From: a virus
Lineage: Duplodnaviria; Caudoviricetes
DNA: 26,044 nucleotides
Direction: 5' to 3' (one strand)
IMG/VR virus record: IMGVR_UViG_3300044609_000064
Coordinates: 1-26,044 of that record
Shown here: positions 25,282-26,044 of the stretch, in pieces
Layout: the number at the start of each line of letters is the position of its first letter
How positions within the stretch are numbered: the first letter of the stretch is position 1
The notes under the pieces: generated by a model
Seen by the model: only the letters and a program-made list of their open reading frames with translations
The model's database searches: none
Told to the model about the DNA's origin: nothing
Made by a program: the position numbers and the translations under genes

Positions 25282-26043
25282 GGCGTAGTGCCAGCGTCTC
25301 TTGCCTGTTGCCTCTCGTTTGCGGACCAACCCGAGATCCTTGAGAATCGCGGCCACCTGCATCTGGTCTGAGCGGTTCTGCCGTTCCAGTGGTTTTTTGA
25401 TTCCGTTAGTGAGAACGTCCTCAATCGTGAGCACATCACTAGAACGCCTGCGGGCAAGATATTCCTCAATGGCACTACGCCATGGCGAGTCAATTACATA
25501 GTTGTCGTTCTCTTCGGTAACGCGTACTTCCATCTCAATAGGTAACCGGTTAGCCTCACCTGCCCTATAGGCATGTACAACAGCAGACCAAATCGCATCA
25601 CGCTCAAGCATCAGCGAGGCAGTATCAATTTGGTCCTGCTGCGTCTTGGTGGTCGGGATGACCCAGAAGCGGCGGTTGCCGGTTTCATCCACCAGGAAGC
25701 CAGTGGTCTTGTTGGTTGTGCCAACGATGATGCCGCGCCTTGGGAACGACTCAACCTCTTTGCCATAGGGCACACGCATTAGATCAATGGCCTGCGAAAG
25801 AAAGGCTTTTACCTGTCCGGCATGACGCCTACCTGTGATGTGATCAAGCTCCGCCCATTCCATCATCCACGACCGATGGAGCACCATCACGTCGTCTTTT
25901 GTGCTGATATCACCCAGTGCATCCGAGAAAAATGGCCCACCTAGGCAACCCCAAAAGCTGGATTTATAGGCGCCTTGATCACCCATTAACACGCAGGCGG
26001 TGTCGTGCTTGCAGCCAGGGTTGAAGGCACGTGCTACGGCGCC
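25273..26043 (-). CDS. VapE/VirE-like P-loop helicase (primase-helicase C-terminal part; 5' end outside window)
   Basis: Frame open to the window edge (GAVARAFNPGCKHDTACVLMGDQGAYKSS). EWAELD, VKAFLS..D..RVPYG, GTTN...FLVDETGNRRFWVI. Confidence 0.9.
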   Translation of the reverse strand, partial: GAVARAFNPGCKHDTACVLMGDQGAYKSSFWGCLGGPFFSDALGDISTKDDVMVLHRSWMMEWAELDHITGRRHAGQVKAFLSQAIDLMRVPYGKEVESFPRRGIIVGTTNKTTGFLVDETGNRRFWVIPTTKTQQDQIDTASLMLERDAIWSAVVHAYRAGEANRLPIEMEVRVTEENDNYVIDSPWRSAIEEYLARRRSSDVLTIEDVLTNGIKKPLERQNRSDQMQVAAILKDLGLVRKREATGKRRWHYAPS

Positions 26044-26044
26044 G

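Noticed and set aside
1-26044. tRNA/rRNA genes, integrase, introns/inteins, stop-codon reassignment
   Set aside because: None seen. Genes are of normal length, tightly packed, and use TAA, TAG and TGA as stops.

Overview
A 26 kb segment of a tailed (siphovirus-like) phage genome. It is probably a cyanophage, since it carries a cyanobacterial-type AbrB regulator and a DnaN clamp with a cyanobacteria-like C-terminus. Every credible gene is on the minus strand. Reading right to left: a VapE-like helicase (truncated at the window edge), an iteron-rich putative origin, a small RHH-like gene, dnaN, terS, a very basic protein, terL, cyAbrB, portal, minor head protein, a cluster of small basic proteins, scaffold, major capsid, decoration, head-tail joining genes, major tail protein, a frameshifting tail chaperone, tape measure, tail-tip genes, two extra tail-tube-like paralogues, a long fibre and a lectin/SPRY-type adhesin (truncated). 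The main non-obvious signals are (i) covarying C-UGC-G RNA hairpins confined to the scaffold and capsid initiation regions, (ii) a TAnnnT -10 box 21-30 nt before almost every non-coupled gene, often built from the upstream stop codon, (iii) three tail-tube paralogues, and (iv) a small ORF that reads through the post-capsid terminator. Family assignments come from remembered motifs, not from database searches.
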